The notes beneath the pieces were generated by a model. The model was not told the origin of the DNA. It saw nothing but the letters and a program-made list of their open reading frames with translations, and made no database searches. Below, in pieces: positions 50,355 through 63,201 of a stretch of 64,000 nt of DNA (position 1 is the stretch's first letter; the number at the start of each line of letters is the position of its first letter). Made by a program: the position numbers and the translations under genes. Source of the DNA: Escherichia coli (GTDB taxonomy: Bacteria > Pseudomonadota > Gammaproteobacteria > Enterobacterales > Enterobacteriaceae); NCBI RefSeq assembly GCF_003018255.1, contig NZ_CP027440.1. One strand, 5' to 3'.

Positions 50355-50970
50355 CACGTTTTTCACTCCTGCTCCCTTCGAGGTATGCCGCGTGTCGTAT
50401 AAAACTTTCTTTAAGGCTTAGAGTCAAGCATCAAAAAGCGGTCAAATTATACGGTGCGCCCCCGTGATTTCAAACAATAAGTAGCCAAAAGGTGAATAAA
50501 TGTTTAAATATTTTTCCAGTGCATACAATTGCGACTTTTCTGCAAACCCTGTTCGATCATGAAAAACTGTAAATAACGCGTAAACACTGGTGATAAAGCG
50601 TGCTTCAGATCACATATTGAGCATGTTCGCGCACAGCATATTTATTTACTTGGCAAATGATGCCTTTGCAAGTTTATGATATTTCAGTCTAAAAACAGAT
50701 ACTGTTTTAATAAATGACATTTACACAACAAAAACCACCCATTGACATTTTTAATAATGTTTTAACAGCCAATGATGATTCTTAGCGCCGATTTTTAGCA
50801 GACTGATATTTTCACTTATGACTTATTTTCTGCTTACCAAAAAAAGCCACGTTATCTTGTTGATGCAAAAGAGTGAACGTGGCGTTAAATGTAACCAGTT
50901 ATATCAGTAGAAAACCTGGTTGTTGTTAACAGTCTAACCGGTCAATTTTTTATGATTTTTTTGATAAAAA

Positions 50971-51594
50971 TTAAATTTTATTTGCTTTAATCACCACCAG
51001 ATGACGTTCGCCATCCAGGGCCGGAACGTGAAGTTTAACCACTGATTCGACCTGATATTCTTCGGGCAACAAAGCGATTTCATCTTCCGGCATTTGGCCT
51101 TTCAGCGCGTAGAAACGGCCTTGCTCACCAGGAAGATGGTGACACCAGCTCACCATATCGTTCAGAGAGGCAAAAGCGCGGCTAATTACGCCATCAAATG
51201 GCGGCTCTGAAGGAAACTCTTCTACCCTGCTCTGTACTGGCTCAATATTCTCCAGTTTAAGCTCATGTTGCACCTGACGAAGGAAACGCACGCGTTTACC
51301 AAGGCTATCCAACAGAGTGAAATGGGCTTCAGGACGCACGATAGAGAGTGGAATGCCAGGCAGTCCTGGACCGGTGCCGACATCGATAAACCGTTCACCT
51401 TGCAGATACGGTGCCACCACAATGCTATCGAGAATATGGCGTACCAGCATCTCATTAGGATCGCGGACCGAAGTCAGGTTGTACGCTTTATTCCATTTAT
51501 GCAGCATATTCACATAGGCAATAAGCTGGTTTTTCTGGTGATCGGTAAGCGAAATACCTGCGTCTTTCAGCAGTAAGGAGAGTTTGTTGAGCAC
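50971..51594 (-). CDS. rsmG: 16S rRNA m7G527 methyltransferase RsmG (GidB)
   Basis: 207 aa, [57 protein letters not shown]...; SAM-binding [10 protein letters not shown]. Confidence 0.97.
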   Translation of the reverse strand: MLNKLSLLLKDAGISLTDHQKNQLIAYVNMLHKWNKAYNLTSVRDPNEMLVRHILDSIVVAPYLQGERFIDVGTGPGLPGIPLSIVRPEAHFTLLDSLGKRVRFLRQVQHELKLENIEPVQSRVEEFPSEPPFDGVISRAFASLNDMVSWCHHLPGEQGRFYALKGQMPEDEIALLPEEYQVESVVKLHVPALDGERHLVVIKANKI

Positions 51595-51657
51595 GGTGAT
51601 TACCTGTTCTTGATGCGTTGCCCGGTAAGCGGGTGCTTACCAGGCATTTTTAATGCG

Positions 51658-53547
51658 TTATGCGCTACGACGCAGCATACCCTGTTTTTTCAGCCACACC
51701 AGCAGAATGGAGATGGCCGCAGGCGTGACGCCAGAAATACGCGAAGCCTGGCCGATAGAGGCCGGTTTGTGATCGTTAAGTTTGGCGATCACTTCGTTAG
51801 AAAGACCGGATACCTGGCGGTAATCCAGCGTCGCTGGTAGCAGGGTGTTCTCGTTACGCAGCTGCTTTTCGATCTCATCTTGCTGGCGCGCGATATAACC
51901 TTCGTATTTAACCTGAATCTCAACCTGTTCCGCCGCCTGTTCGTCTGTCAACGCAGGGGCAAACGGCGTCAGCGTGGTTAATTTTTCATAAGTCATTTCC
52001 GGACGACGCAGCAGATCTTCACCACTGGCTTCACGGGAAAGTGGCGCAGTCAGGTGAGCATTCACTTCGGCTGCAGCTTCCGCCGACGGGGTTACCCAGG
52101 TCGATTTCAGACGCTGACGCTCACGCTCGATATTCTCAAGTTTCTCGTTAAAGCGCGCCCAACGTTCGTCATCCACCAGGCCCAGTTCACGACCAATTTC
52201 AGTCAAACGCAGATCCGCATTATCTTCGCGCAGCATCAGACGATATTCTGCGCGCGAGGTAAACATACGATACGGTTCTTTGGTTCCTAAAGTGCACAGG
52301 TCATCAACCAGTACGCCGAGATACGCCTGAGAACGCGCCGGAGCCCAACCTTCTTTGTCAGCAGACAGACGGGCAGCGTTAAGACCGGCCAGCAAACCTT
52401 GCGCAGCGGCTTCTTCGTAACCGGTAGTGCCGTTAATCTGACCAGCAAAGAACAGCCCCTGGATAAACTTGCTCTCCAGCGTCGGTTTCAGGTCGCGTGG
52501 ATCGAAGAAGTCATACTCAATGGCATAACCCGGACGCACGATCTTCGCGTTTTCCATCCCCTGCATGGAGCGGACGATTTGCATCTGCACATCGAACGGC
52601 AGGCTGGTGGAGATACCGTTCGGATAAATTTCGTTTGAGGTCAGCCCTTCCGGTTCAAGGAAGATCTGATGCTGATTTCTGTCGGCGAAGCGCATGACTT
52701 TGTCTTCGATCGACGGGCAGTAGCGTGGGCCGACACCTTCGATCACCCCTGCATACATTGGGCTACGATCGAGGTTACTGCGGATCACATCATGGGTTTT
52801 CTCGTTGGTATGGGTGATATAACACGGCACCTGCTGTGGATGCTGGGACGCATTACCCATAAACGAGAATACCGGCATTGGGTTATCGCCATGCTGTTGC
52901 GCCAGCACGCTGAAGTCGATAGTACGCGCATCAATACGCGGCGGTGTCCCGGTTTTCAGACGACCAACGCGCAGCGGCAGTTCACGCAAACGGCGAGAGA
53001 GCGGAATGGACGGCGGATCACCAGCACGACCACCGCTGTAGTTATCCAGACCGATATGAATTTTACCGTCGAGGAACGTCCCAACGGTAAGCACGACGGC
53101 TTTGGCACGGAACTTCAGTCCCATTTGGGTAACAGCACCGACCACGCGATCGTTTTCGACAATAAGATCTTCAACCGCCTGCTGGAAGATCATCAGGTTC
53201 GGTTGGTTCTCCAGCGCCGTACGTACCGCCTGACGGTAGAGCACACGATCCGCCTGAGCTCGGGTAGCGCGAACCGCCGGTCCCTTGCTTGCGTTTAGTA
53301 TCCTAAACTGGATACCCGCCTGATCGATCGCTTTCGCCATCAGACCGCCGAGTGCATCCACTTCTTTTACCAGATGTCCCTTCCCAATACCGCCGATCGC
53401 CGGGTTGCAGCTCATCTGCCCCAGAGTGTCGATATTGTGTGTCAAAAGCAGAGTCTGTTGACCCATACGCGCCGCGGCCATCGCGGCCTCGGTGCCTGCA
53501 TGACCCCCGCCAATGATGATGACGTCAAAAGGATCCGGATAAAACAT
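51658..53547 (-). CDS. mnmG: tRNA uridine 5-carboxymethylaminomethyl modification enzyme MnmG (GidA)
   Basis: 629 aa, [53 protein letters not shown]... (FAD-binding). Confidence 0.98.
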
Positions 53548-53635
53548 GGTGATTGCCTCGCATAACGCGGTATGAAAATGGATTGAAGCCCGGGCCGTGG
53601 ATTCTACTCAACTTTGTCGACTTGAGAAAGACCTG

Positions 53636-53910
53636 GGATCCTGGGTATTAAAAAGAAGATCTATTTATTTAGAGATCTGTTCTATTGTGATCTCTTATTA
53701 GGATCGCACTGCCCTGTGGATAACAAGGATCCGGCTTTTAAGATCAACAACCTGGAAAGGATCATTAACTGTGAATGATCGGTGATCCTGGACCGTATAA
53801 GCTGGGATCAGAATGAGGGGTTATACACAACTCAAAAACTGAACAACGGTTGTTCTTTGGATAACTACCGGTTGATCCAAGCTTCCTGACAGAGTTATCC
53901 ACAGTAGATC
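53636..53910. other. oriC: Chromosomal origin of replication oriC
   Basis: Read directly between mnmG and mioC: three AT-rich 13-mers GATCTATTTATTT (53658-53670), GATCTGTTCTATT (53674-53686), GATCTCTTATTAG (53689-53701); DnaA boxes R1 TGTGGATAA (53716-53724), R2 TTATACACA (53821-53829), R3 (53856-53864), R4 TTATCCACA (53895-53903); at least 13 GATC sites in about 285 bp. Confidence 0.97.
53658..53701. repeat. oriC DNA-unwinding element: three tandem 13-mer repeats (L, M, R)
   Basis: Three GATCTnTTnTTTT-type 13-mers spaced 16 and 15 bp apart. Confidence 0.95.
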
Positions 53911-53925
53911 GCACGATCTGTATAC

Positions 53926-54369
53926 TTATTTGAGTAAATTAATCCACGATCCCAGCCATTCTTCTGCCGGATCTTCCGGAATGTCGTGATCAAGAATGTT
54001 GATCTTCAGTGTTTCGCCTGTCTGTTTTGCACCGGAATTTTTGAGTTCTGCCTCGAGTTTATCGATAGCCCCACAAAAGGTGTCATATTCACGACTACCA
54101 ATACCGATTGCGCCAAAGCGGACCGCAGAAAGATCGGGCTTCTGTTCCTGCAATGCTTCATAGAAAGGAGAAAGGTTGTCCGGAATATCTCCGGCACCGT
54201 GGGTTGAGCTGATAACCAGCCAGATCCCAGAGGCAGATAAATCTTCCAACAGCGGACCGTGCAGCGTTTCGGTGGTAAAACCCGCCTCTTCCAGCTTTTC
54301 AGCCAGGTGTTCTGCTACATATTCGGCACCGCCGAGGGTGCTGCCGCTGATAAGAGTGATATCTGCCAT
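53926..54369 (-). CDS. mioC: Flavodoxin-like protein MioC
   Basis: 147 aa, MADITLISGSTLGGAEYVAEHLAEKLEEAGFTTETLHGPLLEDL... Confidence 0.95.
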   Translation of the reverse strand: MADITLISGSTLGGAEYVAEHLAEKLEEAGFTTETLHGPLLEDLSASGIWLVISSTHGAGDIPDNLSPFYEALQEQKPDLSAVRFGAIGIGSREYDTFCGAIDKLEAELKNSGAKQTGETLKINILDHDIPEDPAEEWLGSWINLLK

Positions 54370-54458
54370 AAACCGCCACCTTTATTAAGAGTGGCGTATT
54401 GTACGCTGTGAACGCGTTGGGATCTACCTGTGGAAAAGTATGGGATTAAAAAAGCCGA

Positions 54459-54917
54459 TCAGGGCTTGATGGTACGCATGATCGGGTTTTGCAGGACGAT
54501 CAATGTCTCGGTGGACTGAATTTCATCAATTGTTTGGATCTTGTTGATAAGTACATGCTGGAGAGCGTCGATCGAACGGCACATCACTTTTATAAAGATG
54601 CTGTAGTGGCCGGTGGTGTAATAGGCTTCAGTGACTTCATCAAGGCTTTCCAGTTTCGCCAGCGCGGAAGGATAGTCTTTGGCGCTCTTTAATATAATGC
54701 CGATAAAGCAGCCTACGTCATAACCGAGCTGCTTCGGGCTGACATCAATACGCGCCCCGGTAATGATCCCCGCCTGCTTCATTTTCTCTACTCGAACGTG
54801 AATCGTCCCCGGACTGACGCCAAATTGTTTCGCCAGTTCGGCGTAAGCGGTGCGCGCATTGCCCATTAATGCTTCCAGGATGCCACGGTCCAGATTGTCG
54901 ATTAGATAATTTTCCAT
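54459..54917 (-). CDS. asnC: Lrp/AsnC-family transcriptional regulator AsnC
   Basis: 152 aa, MENYLIDNLDRGILEALMGNARTAYAELAKQFGVSPGTIHVRVEKMKQAGIITG (HTH). Confidence 0.96.
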   Translation of the reverse strand: MENYLIDNLDRGILEALMGNARTAYAELAKQFGVSPGTIHVRVEKMKQAGIITGARIDVSPKQLGYDVGCFIGIILKSAKDYPSALAKLESLDEVTEAYYTTGHYSIFIKVMCRSIDALQHVLINKIQTIDEIQSTETLIVLQNPIMRTIKP

Positions 54918-55068
54918 AGGATTTTCTTATGCGGATTGATGATTCATTCTATTTTAGCCTTCTTTTTTAATGAATCAAAAGTGAGTTAGGCTTTTTATTG
55001 AATGATTATTGCATGCGTGTCGGTTTTTGTTGCTTAATCATAAGCAACAGGACGCAGGAGTATAAAAA

Positions 55069-56061
55069 ATGAAAACCGCTTACATTGCCAAACAACGTCA
55101 AATTAGCTTCGTGAAATCTCACTTTTCCCGTCAACTGGAAGAACGTCTGGGGCTGATCGAAGTCCAGGCGCCGATTCTTAGCCGTGTGGGGGATGGCACG
55201 CAGGATAACTTGTCGGGCTGTGAAAAAGCGGTGCAGGTAAAAGTGAAAGCTCTGCCTGATGCCCAGTTCGAAGTGGTTCATTCACTGGCGAAGTGGAAAC
55301 GTCAGACATTAGGGCAACACGACTTCAGCGCGGGCGAAGGGCTGTACACGCACATGAAAGCCCTTCGCCCCGATGAAGACCGTCTTTCTCCGTTGCACTC
55401 GGTCTATGTTGACCAGTGGGACTGGGAACGCGTAATGGGCGACGGTGAGCGTCAATTCTCGACTCTGAAAAGCACGGTAGAGGCGATCTGGGCGGGAATT
55501 AAAGCAACCGAAGCTGCGGTTAGCGAAGAGTTTGGCCTGGCACCGTTCCTGCCGGATCAGATCCACTTCGTACACAGCCAGGAGTTACTGTCTCGTTATC
55601 CGGATCTCGATGCCAAAGGGCGTGAGCGGGCGATTGCGAAAGATCTTGGCGCGGTATTCCTCGTCGGGATTGGCGGCAAGTTGAGTGATGGTCATCGTCA
55701 CGACGTGCGCGCACCGGATTATGATGACTGGAGCACCCCGTCAGAGCTGGGCCATGCGGGTCTGAACGGCGATATTCTGGTATGGAACCCGGTACTGGAA
55801 GATGCGTTTGAGCTTTCTTCCATGGGGATCCGCGTGGATGCCGATACGTTGAAACATCAGCTGGCGCTGACCGGTGATGAAGATCGCCTGGAGCTGGAGT
55901 GGCATCAGGCGCTGCTGCGCGGTGAAATGCCGCAGACCATCGGCGGCGGTATCGGGCAGTCTCGTTTGACCATGCTGCTGCTGCAACTGCCACATATCGG
56001 CCAGGTTCAGTGTGGTGTATGGCCGGCAGCTGTTCGCGAGAGCGTCCCTTCTCTGCTGTAA
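55069..56061 (+). CDS. asnA: Aspartate--ammonia ligase (asparagine synthetase A)
   Basis: 330 aa, [50 protein letters not shown]... Confidence 0.97.
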
Positions 56062-56065
56062 TAAT

Positions 56066-57517
56066 TTATCGCCGCCAGCGTCTGAGCAGGCGGCTTCGCA
56101 TCCCGGTATCAAAGCGCCAGATATGATCGAAAATGCGCATGATGCCGGGTTTGCCATGTGCAGACATCGCCACGGCATGAAAGCGATGCTGATGTACGCG
56201 CTGTAGCTCTTTCACTTTACTCGTCACGTCGTCAGGCAACCGCTGGGCGATAAAATCAGAAATCACCACCGCATCGGCATCAAACCATTCCCTGCTTTGC
56301 AAGCGTTCCATAATGGCGCGAAAACAACTGGCAAGATCGGTGCCGCCACGAAACTGCTGGCTTAAAAAACGGATTGCTTGTTCGATGCCTTGTGGGCCTG
56401 AAAGCTCATAACGGACGATCTCGGTGGAAAATAACATAATATAGCAGCGCCGGTTTTCAGCGAGAGCAATGCGCATCAAGGCCATGCAGAACGCTTTCGC
56501 ACACTGTTCATTAAAGCCGCCCATTGAGCCGGAAGTATCCACACAGACAATAAACGGTCCGCGCGGCTGTTCGTCGTAATCTTTATGTACCACCGGGCGT
56601 TCGATCACTTTTTCACGCCACGACTCACCGTGCAGGCGATAGGTGAGCAACTGTTTTTCCACCAGCCGACGGTAAAACTCATACTCCAGTTCCGTTATCC
56701 CCAGTGTCGCCAGTTCTGGCGGCAGGAGACGTAAAATATCATCGCTTTGTTGCAGACCATCAACCTGCTCAGGAACCGTCGCCGGTTCGCGCACCATGGT
56801 GCGGAAGGTTTCCATCTGCGCATCGTTGCGCGGTATTGATTTGGCTTCCCGTGAACGCCCCAACTGTTCTGCCAGGCGTTTCAGTTCCGGCTGTTCGTTA
56901 AGAAATTCACCGTATTTCACAATCAACTGATAGTCGCCGCGTTTAAGCTGACCGGCGCTCATATCCCACAGACGACCAGCTGCGGTATTGTTATCTGCGA
57001 GAATCGGTTCAAGTTGCCCGCTCAGCGTCATGCGTTCCTGAACTTCACTCAACAGTTGTTCGCGTTCTTCTTCTAATAGCTGCTGATTTAGCGTCGTTGC
57101 TTGCACGATCAGACTTAAACGCCAGCGCTGGAGAAAAAGCGTGTGTAACGCTGAAGTGATCGTACTGTTAGCATCAACCAACTGTCGGGCTTGTTCTGCC
57201 CATGGAGAATTCAGACGATGCAGTAAGTCCAGGATCTGTGGTAGCTGCACAATAAACTGCGGCGTGGAGAGGAGCTGGCTTTGCTGATAGCACATCACCT
57301 CTTCGGTGAGTTCCGGCGGGACTCGGGCATCTTTCAGCCGACTGCGCAGCGCCTCACGCCAGCGGGGAACATCATCAGTGATTGCCGCCTTCAGTCGTGG
57401 GAATTTTTCAAAGAAGACCGCCAGCTGCGGTGAGGCCAGCAGCGCGATGATCATCTCTTCGATCAATCCCTCTTCGCTGACGGCCAGCATCACATTAAGC
57501 GTATCCAGCGTTAGCAT
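56066..57517 (-). CDS. viaA: VWA domain protein ViaA (RavA-interacting)
   Basis: 483 aa, [43 protein letters not shown]...; C-terminal VWA domain with MIDAS (DTSGSM). Confidence 0.95.
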   Translation of the reverse strand: MLTLDTLNVMLAVSEEGLIEEMIIALLASPQLAVFFEKFPRLKAAITDDVPRWREALRSRLKDARVPPELTEEVMCYQQSQLLSTPQFIVQLPQILDLLHRLNSPWAEQARQLVDANSTITSALHTLFLQRWRLSLIVQATTLNQQLLEEEREQLLSEVQERMTLSGQLEPILADNNTAAGRLWDMSAGQLKRGDYQLIVKYGEFLNEQPELKRLAEQLGRSREAKSIPRNDAQMETFRTMVREPATVPEQVDGLQQSDDILRLLPPELATLGITELEYEFYRRLVEKQLLTYRLHGESWREKVIERPVVHKDYDEQPRGPFIVCVDTSGSMGGFNEQCAKAFCMALMRIALAENRRCYIMLFSTEIVRYELSGPQGIEQAIRFLSQQFRGGTDLASCFRAIMERLQSREWFDADAVVISDFIAQRLPDDVTSKVKELQRVHQHRFHAVAMSAHGKPGIMRIFDHIWRFDTGMRSRLLRRWRR

Positions 57518-59007
57518 TGTTGTGCCTGGCGAATCTGGGCGCCGACATCCTGTAGGCTGGCTTCAATGCGACCTAACCAGTCGCCAGGGATAAACAGACA
57601 TTTTTGCTGTTCGCTGAATAAAGCGTGTTGCTTGCGCCAGTCGCTTTCAAGCTCTTCCAGTTGTTGTTTTATTTCACCTGGCAGACCTTCAGCCGATGAA
57701 CCGGGAAGTGCCAGCGTACTGCCTTGTAAACTTACATCGCGTACAACAAGATGTTGGGCGCTATCCACTTCCAGATTCAATTTCTGGGCAAAGCCGATAC
57801 CGTTCAGTTTGCCGCGAATTTCACCACCTTTACTCAGCCACTGTTCCAGCGCGTTACGCTCAAAGGAGATATGAACCACTTCCATATCATGCAGTTTTAA
57901 CGGTTTTTGCAGCAGCAGAGTCAGAGTGGAAGCAGTAACGTTAACAGGAAGTTGATACTGCTGACGACGGCTGAAAATGCCGCCCAGACGAATTACCGTT
58001 AAGGCTGTTTTATCGCTTTGTTGCTGCTGGAGTTGCAGGTGACGTTGCACAATCGCGCCCAGGCGGGTCAACATTCCTTGCTGTTGCCAGGCATGACCGG
58101 TCATCAATACATCAATTTGTTGTTGTATCAAATTCAGGCTTTGCGCGTCATACCACAGGCAATCTTTCAGCAAAATGAGATCAACCGGGGCAACAGCACT
58201 GCGACCGCTAAAAAAGGCGCTGGCCTGCAATAATCGAATCGCTTTTTTCCAGCGACGATCCGAGACATAAGGCGCATCCGGTAATTTATCCAGTTGCTGG
58301 CGCAGCATAAAAATCAGCTCAAATACATGATCGGGCAGCGTAATTTCACCAATCTCTTTCTGCCAGCGTTCATATTCTTCATCTGTGACCTGCAAGGAGG
58401 CAGGAACCGGATTGTCGTTTTCATCCTGTTGACTGGTCAGCATGGAGCGGAAATTCGCTTTATCCTGCACTTTATCTAACCACAGACGAATCAGCATGCG
58501 GTCATATAACGCTTCCAGACTGCTGTCTGCTTCCGGCAGCTCGTTGGAGGCCGCCACCAGCAGGCGCATCGGGATTTTTTCTACGTGTGCACCGTTGCGG
58601 AACTGGCGCTCGTTAATGGCGGTGAGCAAGGTATTAAGAATTGCCGGGCCCGCTTTCCAGATCTCATCCAGAAAGACGATTTCTGCTTCCGGCAGGTAAC
58701 CGCTGGTTAAACGTTCATAGCGCCCTTCATCTTTTAGCGCCTGAATAGAAAGGGGACCAAAAACCTCTTCCGGCGTGGAGAAGCGAGTCATCAGATATTC
58801 AAACGCGCGGGCATTCTGAAAGGCGAATTTTAAGCGCCGGGCGATCAAACTTTTGGCAATACCTGGCGGGCCAAGGAGGAACACACTTTCACCACTTAAT
58901 GCCGCTAATAAACACAAGCGGATGGCGTGGCTACGTTCATAAAGCCCCTTTTCCAACGAACTGCTCAGGCGGGAAATTCTTTCCGCTAATAAATGAGGGT
59001 GAGCCAT
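57511..59007 (-). CDS. ravA: MoxR-family AAA+ ATPase RavA
   Basis: 498 aa from [53 protein letters not shown] (Walker A); 3' end overlaps the viaA start by 7 nt. Confidence 0.95.
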   Translation of the reverse strand: MAHPHLLAERISRLSSSLEKGLYERSHAIRLCLLAALSGESVFLLGPPGIAKSLIARRLKFAFQNARAFEYLMTRFSTPEEVFGPLSIQALKDEGRYERLTSGYLPEAEIVFLDEIWKAGPAILNTLLTAINERQFRNGAHVEKIPMRLLVAASNELPEADSSLEALYDRMLIRLWLDKVQDKANFRSMLTSQQDENDNPVPASLQVTDEEYERWQKEIGEITLPDHVFELIFMLRQQLDKLPDAPYVSDRRWKKAIRLLQASAFFSGRSAVAPVDLILLKDCLWYDAQSLNLIQQQIDVLMTGHAWQQQGMLTRLGAIVQRHLQLQQQQSDKTALTVIRLGGIFSRRQQYQLPVNVTASTLTLLLQKPLKLHDMEVVHISFERNALEQWLSKGGEIRGKLNGIGFAQKLNLEVDSAQHLVVRDVSLQGSTLALPGSSAEGLPGEIKQQLEELESDWRKQHALFSEQQKCLFIPGDWLGRIEASLQDVGAQIRQAQQC

Positions 59008-59229
59008 AATGAAGTGGCGTCCTTTCGTCAAAAGTTCTGCGTAAATTGCGAGTATAGACGTTTCTTGCTGGTGGCTAAAATAGTCTCAAAGGGGGGGTAT
59101 TTTTCTTTGAGCCAGGTTAATGTGGCCGCATTTAGGAGTACGATTTTGCCGTTAATCGTGCATACTGTGCGCTTTTTTGTGGGCCAAGGGACTAAGCACA
59201 CATTTCATATTTCAACGAAAGACTAGTCT

Positions 59230-61098
59230 ATGAGCACTGATAATAAGCAATCATTGCCCGCGATTACCCTCGCGGCGATTGGAGTTGTCTACGGCGATAT
59301 TGGTACCAGCCCGTTATATACACTTCGTGAATGTTTGTCCGGCCAGTTTGGTTTTGGCGTTGAACGCGATGCCGTGTTTGGCTTTTTATCGCTGATCTTC
59401 TGGCTGCTAATCTTTGTGGTTTCCATTAAATATCTCACCTTCGTGATGCGGGCAGATAACGCCGGTGAAGGGGGGATCCTGACGTTGATGTCGCTTGCCG
59501 GGCGTAATACGTCGGCGCGAACCACATCAATGCTGGTGATTATGGGGCTAATCGGCGGCAGCTTTTTCTATGGTGAAGTCGTCATAACACCCGCTATTTC
59601 GGTGATGTCAGCCATTGAAGGTCTGGAAATCGTCGCCCCGCAGCTGGATACCTGGATAGTTCCCCTCTCAATTATCGTTCTCACTTTATTATTTATGATT
59701 CAAAAACATGGCACGGCTATGGTCGGTAAGCTGTTTGCGCCGATCATGCTGACCTGGTTTTTGATTCTGGCAGGACTGGGGTTACGTAGCATTATTGCTA
59801 ACCCGGAAGTGCTGCATGCGCTGAATCCGATGTGGGCGGTGCATTTCTTCCTTGAATACAAAACGGTTTCTTTTATTGCATTAGGGGCAGTGGTGCTGTC
59901 GATTACGGGGGTCGAGGCGCTGTATGCTGATATGGGGCACTTTGGTAAGTTCCCTATTCGCCTGGCGTGGTTCACCGTCGTATTACCTTCCTTAACTCTT
60001 AATTACTTCGGTCAGGGCGCTCTGTTGTTAAAGAACCCGGAAGCAATTAAGAACCCGTTCTTCCTGTTGGCACCGGACTGGGCGCTGATCCCGCTGCTGA
60101 TCATCGCCGCACTGGCGACGGTAATTGCCTCGCAGGCGGTTATCTCTGGCGTCTTCTCATTGACGCGTCAGGCGGTACGTCTGGGATATTTGTCGCCGAT
60201 GCGCATTATTCACACCTCCGAAATGGAGTCAGGGCAAATCTATATTCCGTTTGTGAACTGGATGCTCTATGTCGCGGTCGTGATTGTGATTGTCAGCTTT
60301 GAGCACTCCAGCAACCTGGCGGCGGCGTACGGGATTGCGGTGACCGGAACCATGGTGCTGACGTCTATTCTCTCGACTACCGTGGCACGTCAGAACTGGC
60401 ACTGGAATAAGTATTTTGTTGCGCTGATCCTGATTGCTTTCCTTTGTGTCGATATTCCATTGTTCACCGCTAACCTCGATAAACTGCTCTCCGGCGGCTG
60501 GTTGCCATTGAGCCTCGGTACGGTGATGTTTATCGTGATGACCACCTGGAAGAGCGAGCGTTTCCGCTTGCTGCGGCGGATGCATGAACATGGCAACTCT
60601 CTGGAGGCGATGATTGCTTCGCTGGAGAAATCACCGCCCGTTCGCGTGCCTGGGACCGCGGTGTATATGTCACGTGCAATCAACGTCATTCCCTTTGCGC
60701 TGATGCATAACCTTAAACATAACAAGGTATTGCATGAGCGGGTGATTCTGTTAACTCTGCGCACCGAAGATGCGCCATATGTCCATAACGTCCGTCGGGT
60801 ACAGATTGAACAACTGTCGCCCACGTTCTGGCGCGTGGTGGCAAGTTATGGTTGGCGAGAAACGCCAAACGTGGAAGAAGTATTCCACCGCTGCGGTCTG
60901 GAAGGATTAAGTTGCCGGATGATGGAAACCTCCTTCTTTATGTCGCATGAGTCGTTGATCCTCGGCAAACGCCCGTGGTATTTGCGTCTGCGCGGTAAGC
61001 TGTACTTGCTGTTGCAACGTAATGCGCTGCGTGCGCCGGATCAATTTGAAATCCCGCCAAACAGGGTTATCGAACTGGGTACTCAGGTCGAAATCTAA
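59230..61098 (+). CDS. kup: Low-affinity potassium uptake protein Kup (TrkD)
   Basis: 622 aa, [42 protein letters not shown]... Confidence 0.97.
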
Positions 61099-61103
61099 CG
61101 CCA

Positions 61104-61140
61104 GACGCCTCCTTTCTCCATAAGGGGGCGTTTTTGTTTT
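61104..61140 (+). terminator. Intrinsic terminator after kup (imperfect GC hairpin followed by TTTTTGTTTT)
   Basis: CGCCTCCTT...AAGGGGGCG stem followed by a T-rich run. Confidence 0.6.
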
Positions 61141-61264
61141 CATGGTTAATCACCATGTAAAACGTTTCGAGGTTGATCACATTTCCGTAACGTCACGATG
61201 GTTTTCCCAACTCAGTCAGGATTAAACTGCGGGTCAGCGAAACGTTTCGCTGATGGAGAAAAAA

Positions 61265-61684
61265 ATGAAAAAAGGCACCGTTCTTAATTCTGATATTTCA
61301 TCGGTGATCTCCCGTCTGGGACATACCGATACGCTGGTGGTGTGTGATGCTGGTTTACCCATCCCCAAAAGTACAACGCGTATCGATATGGCATTAACCC
61401 AGGGTGTACCTTCTTTTATGCAGGTGCTGGGCGTCGTCACAAATGAAATGCAGGTCGAGGCAGCCATTATCGCGGAAGAGATCAAACAACATAATCCGCA
61501 ACTCCACGAAACGTTGCTCACTCACCTTGAGCAGCTGCAAAAACACCAGGGAAATACCATTGAAATTCGTTACACCACGCATGAACAATTCAAACAACAA
61601 ACCGCAGAAAGTCAGGCGGTAATTCGCAGCGGAGAATGTTCTCCGTATGCGAATATCATTCTCTGTGCTGGCGTGACGTTCTGA
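61265..61684 (+). CDS. rbsD: D-ribose pyranase
   Basis: 139 aa from [34 protein letters not shown]...; the ORF track starts 4 codons upstream. Confidence 0.95.
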   Translation: MKKGTVLNSDISSVISRLGHTDTLVVCDAGLPIPKSTTRIDMALTQGVPSFMQVLGVVTNEMQVEAAIIAEEIKQHNPQLHETLLTHLEQLQKHQGNTIEIRYTTHEQFKQQTAESQAVIRSGECSPYANIILCAGVTF

Positions 61685-61691
61685 GGCCGTC

Positions 61692-63197
61692 ATGGAAGCA
61701 TTACTTCAGCTTAAAGGCATCGATAAAGCCTTCCCGGGCGTAAAAGCCCTCTCGGGTGCAGCGTTAAATGTCTATCCTGGCCGCGTGATGGCGCTGGTGG
61801 GCGAAAACGGTGCGGGTAAATCCACCATGATGAAAGTGCTTACGGGTATCTATACTCGCGATGCCGGTACGCTTTTATGGCTGGGGAAAGAAACGACGTT
61901 TACCGGGCCGAAATCTTCCCAGGAAGCCGGGATTGGGATTATCCATCAGGAACTGAACCTGATCCCGCAGTTGACCATTGCCGAAAACATTTTCCTCGGT
62001 CGTGAGTTTGTTAATCGCTTTGGCAAAATTGACTGGAAAACCATGTATGCCGAAGCGGATAAATTGCTGGCTAAACTTAACCTGCGCTTTAAAAGCGACA
62101 AGCTGGTGGGCGATCTTTCCATCGGTGACCAGCAAATGGTTGAAATTGCCAAAGTGCTGAGCTTTGAGTCGAAAGTCATCATTATGGATGAACCGACCGA
62201 TGCGCTGACCGATACCGAAACCGAATCCTTGTTCCGCGTCATCCGCGAGCTGAAATCGCAAGGCCGCGGTATTGTCTATATTTCCCACCGCATGAAAGAA
62301 ATCTTCGAGATTTGCGATGACGTTACCGTTTTTCGTGATGGGCAATTTATTGCTGAGCGTGAAGTAGCATCACTGACCGAAGATTCGCTGATTGAGATGA
62401 TGGTGGGCCGCAAGCTGGAAGATCAATATCCGCACCTGGACAAAGCGCCAGGAGATATTCGCCTGAAAGTCGATAATCTCTGCGGACCTGGCGTTAACGA
62501 TGTCTCTTTTACTTTACGCAAAGGCGAAATTCTTGGCGTCTCTGGTTTGATGGGCGCAGGTCGTACCGAACTGATGAAAGTGCTCTACGGCGCACTGCCG
62601 CGCACCAGCGGTTACGTCACCCTGGATGGGCATGAAGTTGTTACCCGTTCACCGCAGGATGGCCTGGCAAACGGCATTGTGTATATCTCCGAAGACCGTA
62701 AACGCGACGGTTTGGTGCTGGGCATGTCAGTAAAAGAGAATATGTCGCTGACCGCGCTGCGCTACTTCAGCCGTACTGGTGGCAGTTTGAAGCATGCCGA
62801 TGAACAGCAGGCAGTAAGTGATTTCATTCGTCTGTTTAATGTGAAAACGCCGTCGATGGAACAGGCAATTGGTCTGCTTTCCGGTGGCAATCAGCAAAAA
62901 GTGGCGATTGCCCGTGGTCTGATGACACGCCCCAAAGTGTTGATCCTCGATGAGCCTACCCGTGGCGTAGATGTCGGCGCGAAAAAAGAGATCTATCAAC
63001 TGATTAACCAGTTCAAAGCCGATGGCTTGAGCATCATTCTGGTGTCATCGGAGATGCCAGAAGTATTAGGCATGAGCGATCGCATCATCGTCATGCATGA
63101 AGGGCATCTCAGCGGGGAATTTACTCGTGAGCAGGCCACCCAGGAAGTGTTAATGGCTGCCGCTGTGGGCAAGCTTAATCGCGTGAATCAGGAGTAA
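61692..63197 (+). CDS. rbsA: Ribose ABC transporter ATP-binding protein (tandem ABC domains)
   Basis: 501 aa; two Walker A motifs ([18 protein letters not shown]) and two signature motifs. Confidence 0.97.
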   Translation: MEALLQLKGIDKAFPGVKALSGAALNVYPGRVMALVGENGAGKSTMMKVLTGIYTRDAGTLLWLGKETTFTGPKSSQEAGIGIIHQELNLIPQLTIAENIFLGREFVNRFGKIDWKTMYAEADKLLAKLNLRFKSDKLVGDLSIGDQQMVEIAKVLSFESKVIIMDEPTDALTDTETESLFRVIRELKSQGRGIVYISHRMKEIFEICDDVTVFRDGQFIAEREVASLTEDSLIEMMVGRKLEDQYPHLDKAPGDIRLKVDNLCGPGVNDVSFTLRKGEILGVSGLMGAGRTELMKVLYGALPRTSGYVTLDGHEVVTRSPQDGLANGIVYISEDRKRDGLVLGMSVKENMSLTALRYFSRTGGSLKHADEQQAVSDFIRLFNVKTPSMEQAIGLLSGGNQQKVAIARGLMTRPKVLILDEPTRGVDVGAKKEIYQLINQFKADGLSIILVSSEMPEVLGMSDRIIVMHEGHLSGEFTREQATQEVLMAAAVGKLNRVNQE

Positions 63198-63201
63198 AAA
63201 A

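Noticed and set aside
50367..50970. 600 bp AT-rich non-coding gap between atpI and rsmG as a possible insertion or sRNA locus
   Set aside because: I recall the K-12 gap as a similar size, containing the atp operon promoters; I saw no terminator-bounded sRNA-like unit or mobile-element ends.
53658..53701. Regularly spaced short repeats that could be mistaken for a CRISPR array
   Set aside because: Only three 13-mers, AT-rich, no spacers of CRISPR length and no cas genes; these are the oriC unwinding-element repeats.
58993..59226. 77-codon ORF in the ravA-kup intergenic region
   Set aside because: No ribosome-binding site context or recognisable domain, and it overlaps the expected kup promoter; likely spurious.
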